DNA of 20,000 bases from an uncultured virus (IMG/VR IMGVR_UViG_3300042564_005422) (taxonomy: Duplodnaviria; Heunggongvirae; Uroviricota; Caudoviricetes): the IMG/VR virus record IMGVR_UViG_3300042564_005422; one strand, 5' to 3'. The stretch's first letter is position 1. Each line of letters begins with the position of its first letter. The translations under genes were made by a program, and so were the position numbers. Below the pieces are notes generated by a model. The model was given only the letters and a program-made list of their open reading frames with translations, searched no databases and was not told where the DNA came from. This document shows positions 1-7,823 of this stretch, piece by piece.

Positions 1-1024
1 TGTATTGTTTTTCATCTTTAGACTCAAAGAAATAACCTTTAAGAATGTTTTCAATTTTAGATTCATTCATATTGTACATTTCAAAATTGTCCGATGCTAT
101 TGACGATTTGTGAGCCGGAGCCGATTCACCCATTTCAGGTTGAGTCTGTTCTTCCTCATCCTCAGACCCCATTTCAGGTCCCATATCTTCCTCACTTGAT
201 GAAAAATCCATATCATCTGATGTCATATTATCCTCATCTTCTTCTTCAAATCTAGATACGATTTCTTCTTTATCATCACTCGATAACTCATCTAAATTTA
301 AAGCCGACAAAATTGAATTAATTACGTACTTAACATCTTTACCTGTTAAAGGTTGTTCGTCTTCAATTTCTCTAATTTTTTGAGATAGTTTTCCTGTCAA
401 TTTTTGAATATCCTTAAAAGAAGTTTCTTCTTCCCCTTCGTTACCCATTTCAGGCCCCATATCTTCCCCTTCTTCTCCTCCCATTTCAGGTCCCATATCT
501 TCTCCTCCCATTTCAGGTCCCATGTCTTCTCCACCCATATCTTCTCCACCCATTTCAGGTTCAGGTGACGGTGCAGGTGATGGTTCAGCCGCGGCTGATG
601 GTGGACCCATAGGTGCTGGACCTTGAGGTTCATCCTCCATTTTTGGTTTTGGTGTTTTTAGCAAATATTTTTTGTCTTCATTAAATAAAGAAATATTTTC
701 TTCAGTCTCAGTTAATCTGTTAACTTCCTGAGCTATCAGATTAAGTTTTTTAAAGGCCTGAGAATAAGACCTATAATGAGACCTATTTTTCATAGGTTCA
801 ACATAATCAAAATCCTCATTAACTTTTTTCTTAATTACGTATCCCAATTTTTCTTTGTCGATTGAATACGTTTGACCATCTGCCAATACTATTTGGTATT
901 CACGAGATGATACTTCATTTATTGATTGTGGGATAACCTCTTTATATCTAGCGATTTCCATAATACGTTGAATTTTATCCAACCCTTGTAATTTTTCGCT
1001 ACCAACCGGTTTTAACTTACTCAT
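1..1024 (-). CDS. Hypothetical acidic, Pro/Gly/Met-rich phage protein (>340 aa, runs off the left edge); possible prohead core/internal head protein
   Basis: Not in the ORF track. Hand translation from ATG at 1024 gives an open frame to the window edge: MSKLKPVGSEKLQGLDKIQRIMEIARYKEVIPQSINE...PAPSPEPEMGGEDMGGEDMGPEMG...SFKDIQKLTGKLSQKIRE...MNESKIENILKGYF. Function is inferred from composition only. Confidence 0.85.
   Translation of the reverse strand, partial: MSKLKPVGSEKLQGLDKIQRIMEIARYKEVIPQSINEVSSREYQIVLADGQTYSIDKEKLGYVIKKKVNEDFDYVEPMKNRSHYRSYSQAFKKLNLIAQEVNRLTETEENISLFNEDKKYLLKTPKPKMEDEPQGPAPMGPPSAAAEPSPAPSPEPEMGGEDMGGEDMGPEMGGEDMGPEMGGEEGEDMGPEMGNEGEEETSFKDIQKLTGKLSQKIREIEDEQPLTGKDVKYVINSILSALNLDELSSDDKEEIVSRFEEEDEDNMTSDDMDFSSSEEDMGPEMGSEDEEEQTQPEMGESAPAHKSSIASDNFEMYNMNESKIENILKGYFFESKDEKQY
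444..560 (-). repeat. Imperfect in-frame coding repeat (EDMG[GP]EMG units)
   Basis: Recurrent CCCATTTCAGG and CCCATATCTTC units on +, encoding PEMGGEDMGGEDMGPEMGGEDMGPEMGGEEGEDMGPEMG; further copies near 129-190. Confidence 0.8.
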
Positions 1025-1075
1025 ATTTTTTTACTTTTTAATAAGGCAGTAAAATGCTGTTTTATTTAGTGTTTT

Positions 1076-1086
1076 ATAAATAAATA
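1076..1086 (-). promoter_or_regulatory. TATTTAT motif (two overlapping copies), putative phage late promoter
   Basis: ATAAATAAATA on +, about 50 nt upstream of the ATG at 1024; the same motif recurs before many other genes. Confidence 0.5.
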
Positions 1087-1106
1087 CTTTGAATTATGTA
1101 AATTGA

Positions 1107-1856
1107 TTAAAATTTTAAATTTTCTTTTAAAGACAGAGATTCGTCTTCAATTTTTGTTTGTAAATTGTGTAATTTACCGATTTGTCCAGAACGTCTTAAA
1201 TATTTAAATACTATATTTTCATATGAATACTCTCCACCCTTTTCTAAACCACAAGTTCTAAATTTTTTTAATTTTTTCTTGTAACTTTTAACTAGTTCAA
1301 TTGCCTCTTCATCGTCTAAATCTTTTACAATATCTTCAACACCATCAATAATGTTAACCCACTGTGATATTTTTTGTTTTAATAATTTCTTATCAAGTTT
1401 GAATCCTTCTTTTTCGGGAAAAGATAACCATTCATCATTTAATACTGAGTAAACTCCTGAACTCACAGCTTCAGTAGATTTATCCTGAATATATAATTCA
1501 ACATCGTAACCGTAAATTTTTATATTATGAATTTGTGCGAATATTTTTTTCTTAACCTCAAATAATTCTTGATAAACATCTAATTTATCTTGGTCAAACT
1601 CACTAAAGTCGACGATTATATGTAAATCAGCATCTGAAAATTTAGACCAATTATAATTAACCAATGAACCCATTAGAACAATGTCGTCAACAAAAAAATT
1701 GACTCCAACAAATTCTCTAAATAATTCAGCAATTTGAAGTAGTTTTTTTCTTACGTTAGGTTTTAATTTTGTAGATTCACCTTGTCCCTCCCAAATGTCA
1801 GGACATAATTCATCTTTCACATTAAAACTTTGAAGTATTTCTTTATCTAATTTCAC
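1107..1856 (-). CDS. Pol-beta superfamily nucleotidyltransferase domain protein
   Basis: hGS...DxD motif (IVLMGSLVNYNWSKFSDADLHIIVD) and a downstream acidic strand (YDVELYIQD); GTG start 5 nt after TATTTAT. Confidence 0.75.
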   Translation of the reverse strand: MKLDKEILQSFNVKDELCPDIWEGQGESTKLKPNVRKKLLQIAELFREFVGVNFFVDDIVLMGSLVNYNWSKFSDADLHIIVDFSEFDQDKLDVYQELFEVKKKIFAQIHNIKIYGYDVELYIQDKSTEAVSSGVYSVLNDEWLSFPEKEGFKLDKKLLKQKISQWVNIIDGVEDIVKDLDDEEAIELVKSYKKKLKKFRTCGLEKGGEYSYENIVFKYLRRSGQIGKLHNLQTKIEDESLSLKENLKF

Positions 1857-1861
1857 AAATA

Positions 1862-1868
1862 ATAAATA
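1862..1868 (-). promoter_or_regulatory. TATTTAT motif, putative late promoter
   Basis: 5 nt upstream of the GTG at 1856. Confidence 0.55.
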
Positions 1869-1877
1869 CTTAAAATT

Positions 1878-2120
1878 TTACAATTTTTTATACTTAAATT
1901 TTTTTGAAATACTTTTACTAAAAAAACTACCTTGAGATTCTGACATTCTGAACTGTGTATATAATTCATGGGGAACATTTTCGTATTCGTATGACGACCC
2001 ATTTTTAAATTCCACAATTAATTTTTTACTTATTGTATCATAATCTGTCTTAGAAAGATTAGATGATTCTATCTCACAAATTATTTTAGTACCCTCAATT
2101 TTTTCACTTTTAATTGCCAT
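1878..2120 (-). CDS. KTSC domain protein
   Basis: SSNL..TDYD....KLIVEFKNGSSYEYENVP..LY..F..SESQGSFF...I...FKY matches the KTSC consensus. Confidence 0.85.
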   Translation of the reverse strand: MAIKSEKIEGTKIICEIESSNLSKTDYDTISKKLIVEFKNGSSYEYENVPHELYTQFRMSESQGSFFSKSISKKFKYKKL

Positions 2121-2196
2121 AATATTGTTTTTTTTAAATCATAACATCAAATTATTGAATTTTAAATAAAATAGACTTAATCTTATAAAAAAACTT

Positions 2197-4239
2197 ATGA
2201 CAGACTCAGTTGAAGACGGAATGAAAAATCCGAAAAAAGTGGAGACTAATAGCAATACTCCTGTTTTAGATAATTTTAGTAGAGACTTAATTAAATTAGC
2301 GGAGGAAGGTAAATTAGACCCCGTTGTTGGTAGAGAAAACGAAATTATTAGAATTGCCCAAATATTATCTCGAAGAAAAAAAAATAACCCAATAATCATA
2401 GGTGAACCTGGATGTGGTAAGACCGCAATAGTTGAGGGTTTAGCTATGAAAATATTTGAGGGTGACTGCCCAAGAAATCTTTTAGATAAACGAATTTTAT
2501 CTTTAGAAATTAATTCAATTGTTGCGGGTACCAAGTATCGTGGTCAATTTGAAGAGAGGTTAAAAGTTATTTTAGAAGAAATTCAAGCGAATCCAAATGT
2601 CATACTATTCATTGACGAAATCCACACAATTGTCGGGGCAGGTAACGCTTCTGGTTCCCTTGACGCATCTAACATATTAAAACCTGCGTTATCTCGTGGT
2701 GAAATACAATGTATTGGTGCTACAACTTTGGATGAATACAAAAAACAAATTGAGAAGGATGGGGCGTTAGATAGAAGATTTCAAAAAGTAATAGTTAGTC
2801 CATCAACTAAAGAGGAGACTTTTCAAATTCTTAAAAACGTTAAAGACAAATATGAAAACTACCACAAAGTAATATTTTCAGATAATATATTACAAATATG
2901 TGTTGATTTGGCGGAGAGATATATTACGGATAGAGAATTTCCAGATAAAGCTTTTGACATTTTAGACGAGGTCGGAGCAAGAGCTCAAGTTGATATTAAA
3001 AACCCTGAGATTATTGAGGAATTAAAAAAAGAGGCGATGGAAATTAAACAACAAAAATTATTAGTTGTTAAAAAACAAAATTATGAAGAAGCGGCTAGTT
3101 TAAGGGACAAAGAAAAAAAAGTTTTAAATCTTTTAGACATTGAAAAGAAGTTATTTGAGGAGGATTTGTTACATAATAGAAAAGACGTACCTGAGGAATT
3201 AGTTTATGATGTGGTTTCAACCATGACAAAAATCCCATTAAATAAATTAAGTTTAGACGATAAAAATGTTTTAATTAATTTAGAAGAAGAACTTAACAAG
3301 TCTGTAATAGGTCAAAAAGAAGCGGTTATCAAAATTGCAAAGTCTATTCGTAGAAATCGATTAGGTATTAAAGACCCAAACAAACCAATTGGTTCATTTA
3401 TATTTTTAGGGTCAACAGGTGTAGGTAAAACTTTATTGGCCAAAGAATTGGCAAAACAAATATTTGGAAGTGAAGATAGTCTGATAAGGGTAGATATGAG
3501 TGAATTCCAAGAAAAACACTCAGTATCTCGATTGATTGGTTCACCTCCTGGATATGTGGGTTATGACGAGGGAGGACAATTAACTGAACAAGTAAAAACT
3601 AAACCATATTCAGTAGTGTTGTTTGATGAAGTTGAGAAAGCACATAAAGATATTTTTTCAGCGTTACTTCAACTTTTAGACGAAGGATATATGACTGATA
3701 GTTTTGGTCGTAAGATTAATTTTAAGAATTGTTTAATAATTATGACTTCAAATATTGGAGTTAAAAAACTACAAGACTTTGGTGCTGGAATTGGTTTTGA
3801 TTCATCAAAAAATGTCTATAAAAATGAAGAAGCCAAAAAAGGAATTCTTACTAAAGAGTTAAAGAACTATTTTGCCCCTGAGTTTATTAATAGGTTAGAT
3901 GAAATTATAATATTCAACACATTACAAGACGAAGACATTCAAAAAATTGTTTTAGTTGAGGTATCAAAATTAACAAATAGGTTAGTTAAACTTGGTTACG
4001 ATATTACATTTGATAATTCAGTTATTGAATATATTTCTAAAGTTGGATTTGACGAGGTATATGGTGCAAGACCATTAAAAAGAGCAATACAAGAAAAAAT
4101 TGAAGATTTTGTGTCGGATGAGGTGTTAAAGAATAATATTGAAATTAATGAATCCTACAATATTTCAATTAAAGATGAAGATGTTATCCTTACAAAAAAT
4201 AAAACAACTAAAAAAGGGAAAAAGAAAAAGGGGGAATAA
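2197..4239 (+). CDS. clpC: ClpC-type AAA+ Clp protease ATP-binding subunit lacking the N-terminal Clp-repeat domain
   Basis: D1 Walker A GEPGCGKT, pore loop GTKYRGQFEER, Walker B LFIDEIH; short UVR-like middle domain (KQNYEEAASLRDKEK); D2 Walker A GSTGVGKT, GYVG loop, LFDEVEKAH; ClpP-docking IGF loop (GAGIGF); C-terminal YGARPLKRAIQ. Confidence 0.92.
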   Translation: MTDSVEDGMKNPKKVETNSNTPVLDNFSRDLIKLAEEGKLDPVVGRENEIIRIAQILSRRKKNNPIIIGEPGCGKTAIVEGLAMKIFEGDCPRNLLDKRILSLEINSIVAGTKYRGQFEERLKVILEEIQANPNVILFIDEIHTIVGAGNASGSLDASNILKPALSRGEIQCIGATTLDEYKKQIEKDGALDRRFQKVIVSPSTKEETFQILKNVKDKYENYHKVIFSDNILQICVDLAERYITDREFPDKAFDILDEVGARAQVDIKNPEIIEELKKEAMEIKQQKLLVVKKQNYEEAASLRDKEKKVLNLLDIEKKLFEEDLLHNRKDVPEELVYDVVSTMTKIPLNKLSLDDKNVLINLEEELNKSVIGQKEAVIKIAKSIRRNRLGIKDPNKPIGSFIFLGSTGVGKTLLAKELAKQIFGSEDSLIRVDMSEFQEKHSVSRLIGSPPGYVGYDEGGQLTEQVKTKPYSVVLFDEVEKAHKDIFSALLQLLDEGYMTDSFGRKINFKNCLIIMTSNIGVKKLQDFGAGIGFDSSKNVYKNEEAKKGILTKELKNYFAPEFINRLDEIIIFNTLQDEDIQKIVLVEVSKLTNRLVKLGYDITFDNSVIEYISKVGFDEVYGARPLKRAIQEKIEDFVSDEVLKNNIEINESYNISIKDEDVILTKNKTTKKGKKKKGE

Positions 4240-4250
4240 ACCCCCTTTTT
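4225..4250. terminator. Bidirectional intrinsic terminator
   Basis: AAAAAGGGGG-AATAAA-CCCCCTTTTT between the convergent clpC and peptidase genes. Confidence 0.85.
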
Positions 4251-4254
4251 TATT

Positions 4255-5085
4255 TTAATTAAAAAATCCTTTTGTTAAGTCTCGAGGAATATGTTTATAA
4301 ACATATTTTGTATTTCCCAACTCCTGAATTAATTTTTTACCTGATTCAATACCTGCAAAAACTTCATCTACAACCACATATTCGTGTTTTGTATGGTACG
4401 AGTGATAACCAACAGAAAGATTGATACATGAAAAATCAAATTTTTGTTTTAATTGCCAAATATCTGTATAAGGATGTTGCATAAATCTTGGTTCTGATAA
4501 CATGTTTTCAGTTAATACTGTTTTAGCGGTAGTGTGAAACGGAGAATCAGTTTCAAACATTTTTACACCAAAACAATATTCTGTAACCATATAATCATCA
4601 GGAGCATCAAATTGAATTGCGTACCCTACATCATTAAAAAATACAGGGTCAGCCTCTTTTGAGCCAATACAACCAACTTCCTCAGACACAAAAAATGCAA
4701 CTTTTAAAACTTCAAATTCTTCTAAAAGTTGTAAACAGGCAAATACTCCACATTTATCATCACCCCCAATCCCTGTAGGTTCTCCTTCATCATTATACGC
4801 TTTCAAACTAAAATTTAAATTCCCTTTGGAATCTTTACGTTGTTCTTCTCTAATATTGATAGTGTCAATAGGGTGTACAGTATCAGTATGAGCAACGACA
4901 CAAGGATAAAATTCGTTTTCTGAAATTAGTCCTTTTGTTACGTATATATTACCCAACTCATCAATTTTAAAAGGGTATTTTTTTTCACTTAAATAATCAA
5001 TTAAAAAATCAATCATCCTATCTTCATGATAAGTGTGAGTTGGAATTGATAATACTGTTTTAAGAAATTCTATATTTTTATCCAT
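4255..5085 (-). CDS. M20/M28/M42-clan dinuclear zinc metallopeptidase
   Basis: HxD (VAHTDTVH), GGDDKCG, SEEVG, QFD and C-terminal YHSYHT metal-ligand pattern. Start moved from 5103 to the ATG at 5085 because a promoter lies at 5091-5121. Confidence 0.85.
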   Translation of the reverse strand: MDKNIEFLKTVLSIPTHTYHEDRMIDFLIDYLSEKKYPFKIDELGNIYVTKGLISENEFYPCVVAHTDTVHPIDTINIREEQRKDSKGNLNFSLKAYNDEGEPTGIGGDDKCGVFACLQLLEEFEVLKVAFFVSEEVGCIGSKEADPVFFNDVGYAIQFDAPDDYMVTEYCFGVKMFETDSPFHTTAKTVLTENMLSEPRFMQHPYTDIWQLKQKFDFSCINLSVGYHSYHTKHEYVVVDEVFAGIESGKKLIQELGNTKYVYKHIPRDLTKGFFN

Positions 5086-5090
5086 AAGGA

Positions 5091-5121
5091 CAAAGATAAT
5101 CATTTTTTTGATTCAAACAAT
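5091..5121 (-). promoter_or_regulatory. Bacteroidota housekeeping-sigma promoter
   Basis: ATTG-N19-TATCTTTG on the minus strand, 5 nt before the ATG at 5085. Confidence 0.65.
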
Positions 5122-6182
5122 TCTGGATGGTATAAATAATTAAAAAAATCTTCGGGTCCCATTGCGGACTGTGCTATTCCATTGTCAGGATTTAACCTAT
5201 TGAATACTACTTTTCCCCCAATTACGTTAAGTAACTTAAATTTTTCGTTCTTTTTTCCAATTTTATTAAAATGTTTTTGGTCAGGTAAACTATACCACCT
5301 ACCAAAATTATAACCTAATTTTGATAATTGATTATGTATTTTAATACTATCTTGTAATGTACCTTCATCTATTTCCTCATCAATTTTGTCTTTTATTTTT
5401 TCTAATTGTCTTTCTACAGTTCTATTAAATGATTCTGAGTCAAAGTTTTTTTCGTCAAAATATGAGTAATAATCTTCATATAAATCTTCATCAATTATTA
5501 AATCTCTTTGTATTGCTAAATTATGTAATAAATCTAAAACATTTGAGTCTTCATCAGTATTAGTCATTTTCCATAAAGACATTAATACCGAAACTGTTGT
5601 TAAGTATTGACGGGCACAATCTTTCTCATAAATTCCAAATTCTGAAAATACATCACAAGTTTTTTTTAAAATATACTCCCTTAAACCAACAACTAATGAC
5701 TCATCATAAAGTTCAGCGTATTCGTAATTAATTTGTTCAATTTCATCAGTATATTTACTTAGTAAAAATTGAAACGCCTCGTCATCAGGTTTTCCATTAT
5801 CATCTAATTCAACTAATCCCGGATTAAGTATTTTTAAAATTGATAAAAATAAATTTCTGTTGTCTTCATTAAAATACCACCAACAGGCACCGTATTTCCA
5901 CTCATCATCCCCAAAATAATGAGCGTCGACAAATACTGAACCTCCATAATATCCCCTTCTATTAAATGCTACATTGAAATAATAGGTGTTATTATCAGAT
6001 TCGGAATTGTCCCCCAAGAAAATTTTTGCAAATTCCTCTTCATAAAATGTTAATGTAACTAACGATTTACCTAAACTATTTTGATTCACTCTACCTATTC
6101 TAGTGTTATCATCACTCCTCCTTACGTCCCATTCATCGGCCGTACCCTGAATAAATTTTTTTAACGCTTCGTAAAGTTTCAT
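5100..6182 (-). CDS. Hypothetical phage protein (360 aa, acidic and aromatic-rich)
   Basis: Long ORF preceded by TATTTAT; no domain recognised. Confidence 0.8.
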   Translation of the reverse strand: MKLYEALKKFIQGTADEWDVRRSDDNTRIGRVNQNSLGKSLVTLTFYEEEFAKIFLGDNSESDNNTYYFNVAFNRRGYYGGSVFVDAHYFGDDEWKYGACWWYFNEDNRNLFLSILKILNPGLVELDDNGKPDDEAFQFLLSKYTDEIEQINYEYAELYDESLVVGLREYILKKTCDVFSEFGIYEKDCARQYLTTVSVLMSLWKMTNTDEDSNVLDLLHNLAIQRDLIIDEDLYEDYYSYFDEKNFDSESFNRTVERQLEKIKDKIDEEIDEGTLQDSIKIHNQLSKLGYNFGRWYSLPDQKHFNKIGKKNEKFKLLNVIGGKVVFNRLNPDNGIAQSAMGPEDFFNYLYHPELFESKK

Positions 6183-6191
6183 ATTTTTTTA

Positions 6192-6198
6192 ATAAATA
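6192..6198 (-). promoter_or_regulatory. TATTTAT motif, putative late promoter
   Basis: 9 nt upstream of the ATG at 6182. Confidence 0.55.
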
Positions 6199-6246
6199 CT
6201 TGTATAAGTAAGAATATATTTATATCTTTACACAATAGTTCTTTGA
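6199..6246 (+). promoter_or_regulatory. Putative tmRNA promoter with a boxA-like element
   Basis: CTTG-N20-TATCTTTA (near-consensus Bacteroidota promoter, 6199-6230), then AGTTCTTTGA (6237-6246), which resembles rRNA-leader boxA. Confidence 0.45.
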
Positions 6247-6251
6247 TTTAT

Positions 6252-6644
6252 GGGGATGTTTTTGGCTTTGACAGGTATGATACGCCATAAAACGCACGTC
6301 GGAGCTGAGTTAACTCCGTTAAACTGATTCAAATTATAAACGGCAACGTTATCAACAAACTTTCTACAATCGGTTTAATCCGTACTGAAGAAGTATCTGT
6401 AGCTTAATTTAAAATTAACCTACTAGGGGTCGGCAGACATACAACCTTGCAACAGAAGTCGTAGTTGTGGTGTGGTTTCTACCCAAAAAGAAACAAAGTG
6501 GAGGATTAGTTCTCAGTAAACCGAACCACTATAAAATAAGGGAATTGTGAAGTTTCGGATTGTTTAGAAAAACAATGACCTAAACGTGTAGTGTTTTATG
6601 TCTTACTTATTTGGACCCGGGTTCGACCCCCGGCATCTCCACCA
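6252..6644 (+). ncRNA. ssrA: tmRNA
   Basis: 5' GGGGATG pairs with 3' CATCTCC-A-CCA and includes the G3:U70 alanine identity pair; T-arm CCGGG-TTCGACC-CCCGG; 393 nt; internal tag reading frame; terminator follows. Confidence 0.95.
6342..6407 (+). other. tmRNA tag reading frame (A)GNVINKLSTIGLIRTEEVSVA*
   Basis: Resume codon GGC follows ATAAAC at the expected position; the frame is open to TAA at 6405-6407. Resume codon assigned by analogy to other tmRNAs. Confidence 0.7.
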
Positions 6645-6647
6645 AAT

Positions 6648-6673
6648 AATAAAGGGACTTCGGTCCCTTTATT
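6648..6673. terminator. Bidirectional intrinsic terminator with UUCG tetraloop
   Basis: AATAAAGGGAC-TTCG-GTCCCTTTATT between the tmRNA and a convergent gene. Confidence 0.9.
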
Positions 6674-7073
6674 TTATTTCTTTTATAGACGTTATCTCAA
6701 CACCCTTACCTTTATTTTTTAAGGTAATTTCTTGTTCGTTAGGATACAATATATTATTTTCAAGTGTTGAAAAAAAATCAATCTGATTTCTTTTAGCCTT
6801 TACAGTTATTAAGAATTTTTTTTCACCATACCCTGTGGTAAAATTATGAGAACTCATTAAATCTTTTTTAGAATGACTGTAGTGAGAACCAGGTAATTTA
6901 GTATTAATATCTTCTTTGTTATCAACACTTATAATTCTATATAATATAATTTCTTCAGGTAAATTTTCTAAATGTTTTTTTAAATATCTCATCTCTGATT
7001 TAATATCTTCATTACTAAATCCCATTTGAGACAATAATTCTTTAAGTCTTTTTATTTGTTCTTTATCAAACAT
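6669..7073 (-). CDS. Putative R-S-E clade ADP-ribosyltransferase-fold protein
   Basis: Ordered motifs ILYRII, GSHYS and PNEQEITL with spacing typical of R-S-E ARTs; no database confirmation. Confidence 0.45.
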   Translation of the reverse strand: MFDKEQIKRLKELLSQMGFSNEDIKSEMRYLKKHLENLPEEIILYRIISVDNKEDINTKLPGSHYSHSKKDLMSSHNFTTGYGEKKFLITVKAKRNQIDFFSTLENNILYPNEQEITLKNKGKGVEITSIKEIK

Positions 7074-7079
7074 AACAAA

Positions 7080-7823
7080 CTATAGTCTTAATAATTCTTT
7101 TATCCTTAATATCTCTTCATTTAATTTTTTAGACTCCGTAACTGCACCAATCATTTTAACTCCAGTGCCCAGTAAACTTGGTTCATCTTCTTCCTCTTCT
7201 CCACCTGTCGAGTCAGGTAATGATTTATTTGGGTCAATGTCAATATCTTTAGATTTTTTCCCCCCATTATTGTCCACATTATTATTTTTCCCATCTTTTT
7301 TTATTTCAGTATCAACTGGTTCAGATGGTTCCTTAGATTTTTCTCCGTAAAACTCGGCACATGGGTCGTATTCGTCAACACCAAAGGCTTTAGCTGGTAA
7401 TCCAACAATACTTCTAGCAATACATCTAGCTTTTTGTTTTGATGATAATGTAGTTTCTTTTGTCTTACCAAATTCTTTACCTATAAAATCTTTAGCGCTA
7501 GTATATGAACCACCATCTTTAACTTTAAAAATTACTTCTTCATCGGTTTTACCAATTACAGTTGACTGAGTAACTTCTTGTTTTTCTTTTACTTTAATTT
7601 TACCGTCAATCTCATATATTGAAATAAAGTCTTTACCAACATAATCTTTATGTTTAATTGTTACTTCCTCATCGTCAATTTTTGACACAATACCAGGTAA
7701 ACATGGGTACACTGAATAATCATTACCATCCGTAACCTCAAATAAAATTCCTTTATCTGAAGTATCCTTTTGTCTAATTCCCACACCTCCTATCGGGGCT
7801 TTAACTTTGTAATTACCTGTCAT
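7080..7823 (-). CDS. Protein with a degenerate (probably catalytically inactive) M23-like domain and a low-complexity tail
   Basis: VYPCLPGIVSKI...VTIKH...KVKEKQEVTQSTVIGKT...FKVKDGG follows the M23 strand pattern but lacks HxxxD and HxH; ends in KKLNEEILRIKELLRL. Confidence 0.6.
   Translation of the reverse strand: MTGNYKVKAPIGGVGIRQKDTSDKGILFEVTDGNDYSVYPCLPGIVSKIDDEEVTIKHKDYVGKDFISIYEIDGKIKVKEKQEVTQSTVIGKTDEEVIFKVKDGGSYTSAKDFIGKEFGKTKETTLSSKQKARCIARSIVGLPAKAFGVDEYDPCAEFYGEKSKEPSEPVDTEIKKDGKNNNVDNNGGKKSKDIDIDPNKSLPDSTGGEEEEDEPSLLGTGVKMIGAVTESKKLNEEILRIKELLRL

Noticed and set aside
397..633. 78-aa ORF from the track
   Set aside because: Alternative frame of the longer 1-1024 ORF, produced by the repeat region.
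2139..2534. 131-aa minus-strand ORF
   Set aside because: Antisense shadow of clpC.
2197..4239. ClpB disaggregase assignment
   Set aside because: The middle domain is short and UVR-like and an IGF ClpP-docking loop is present, which fits ClpC.
6598..6786. 62-aa plus-strand ORF
   Set aside because: Overlaps the tmRNA 3' end and terminator and is antisense to 6669-7073.
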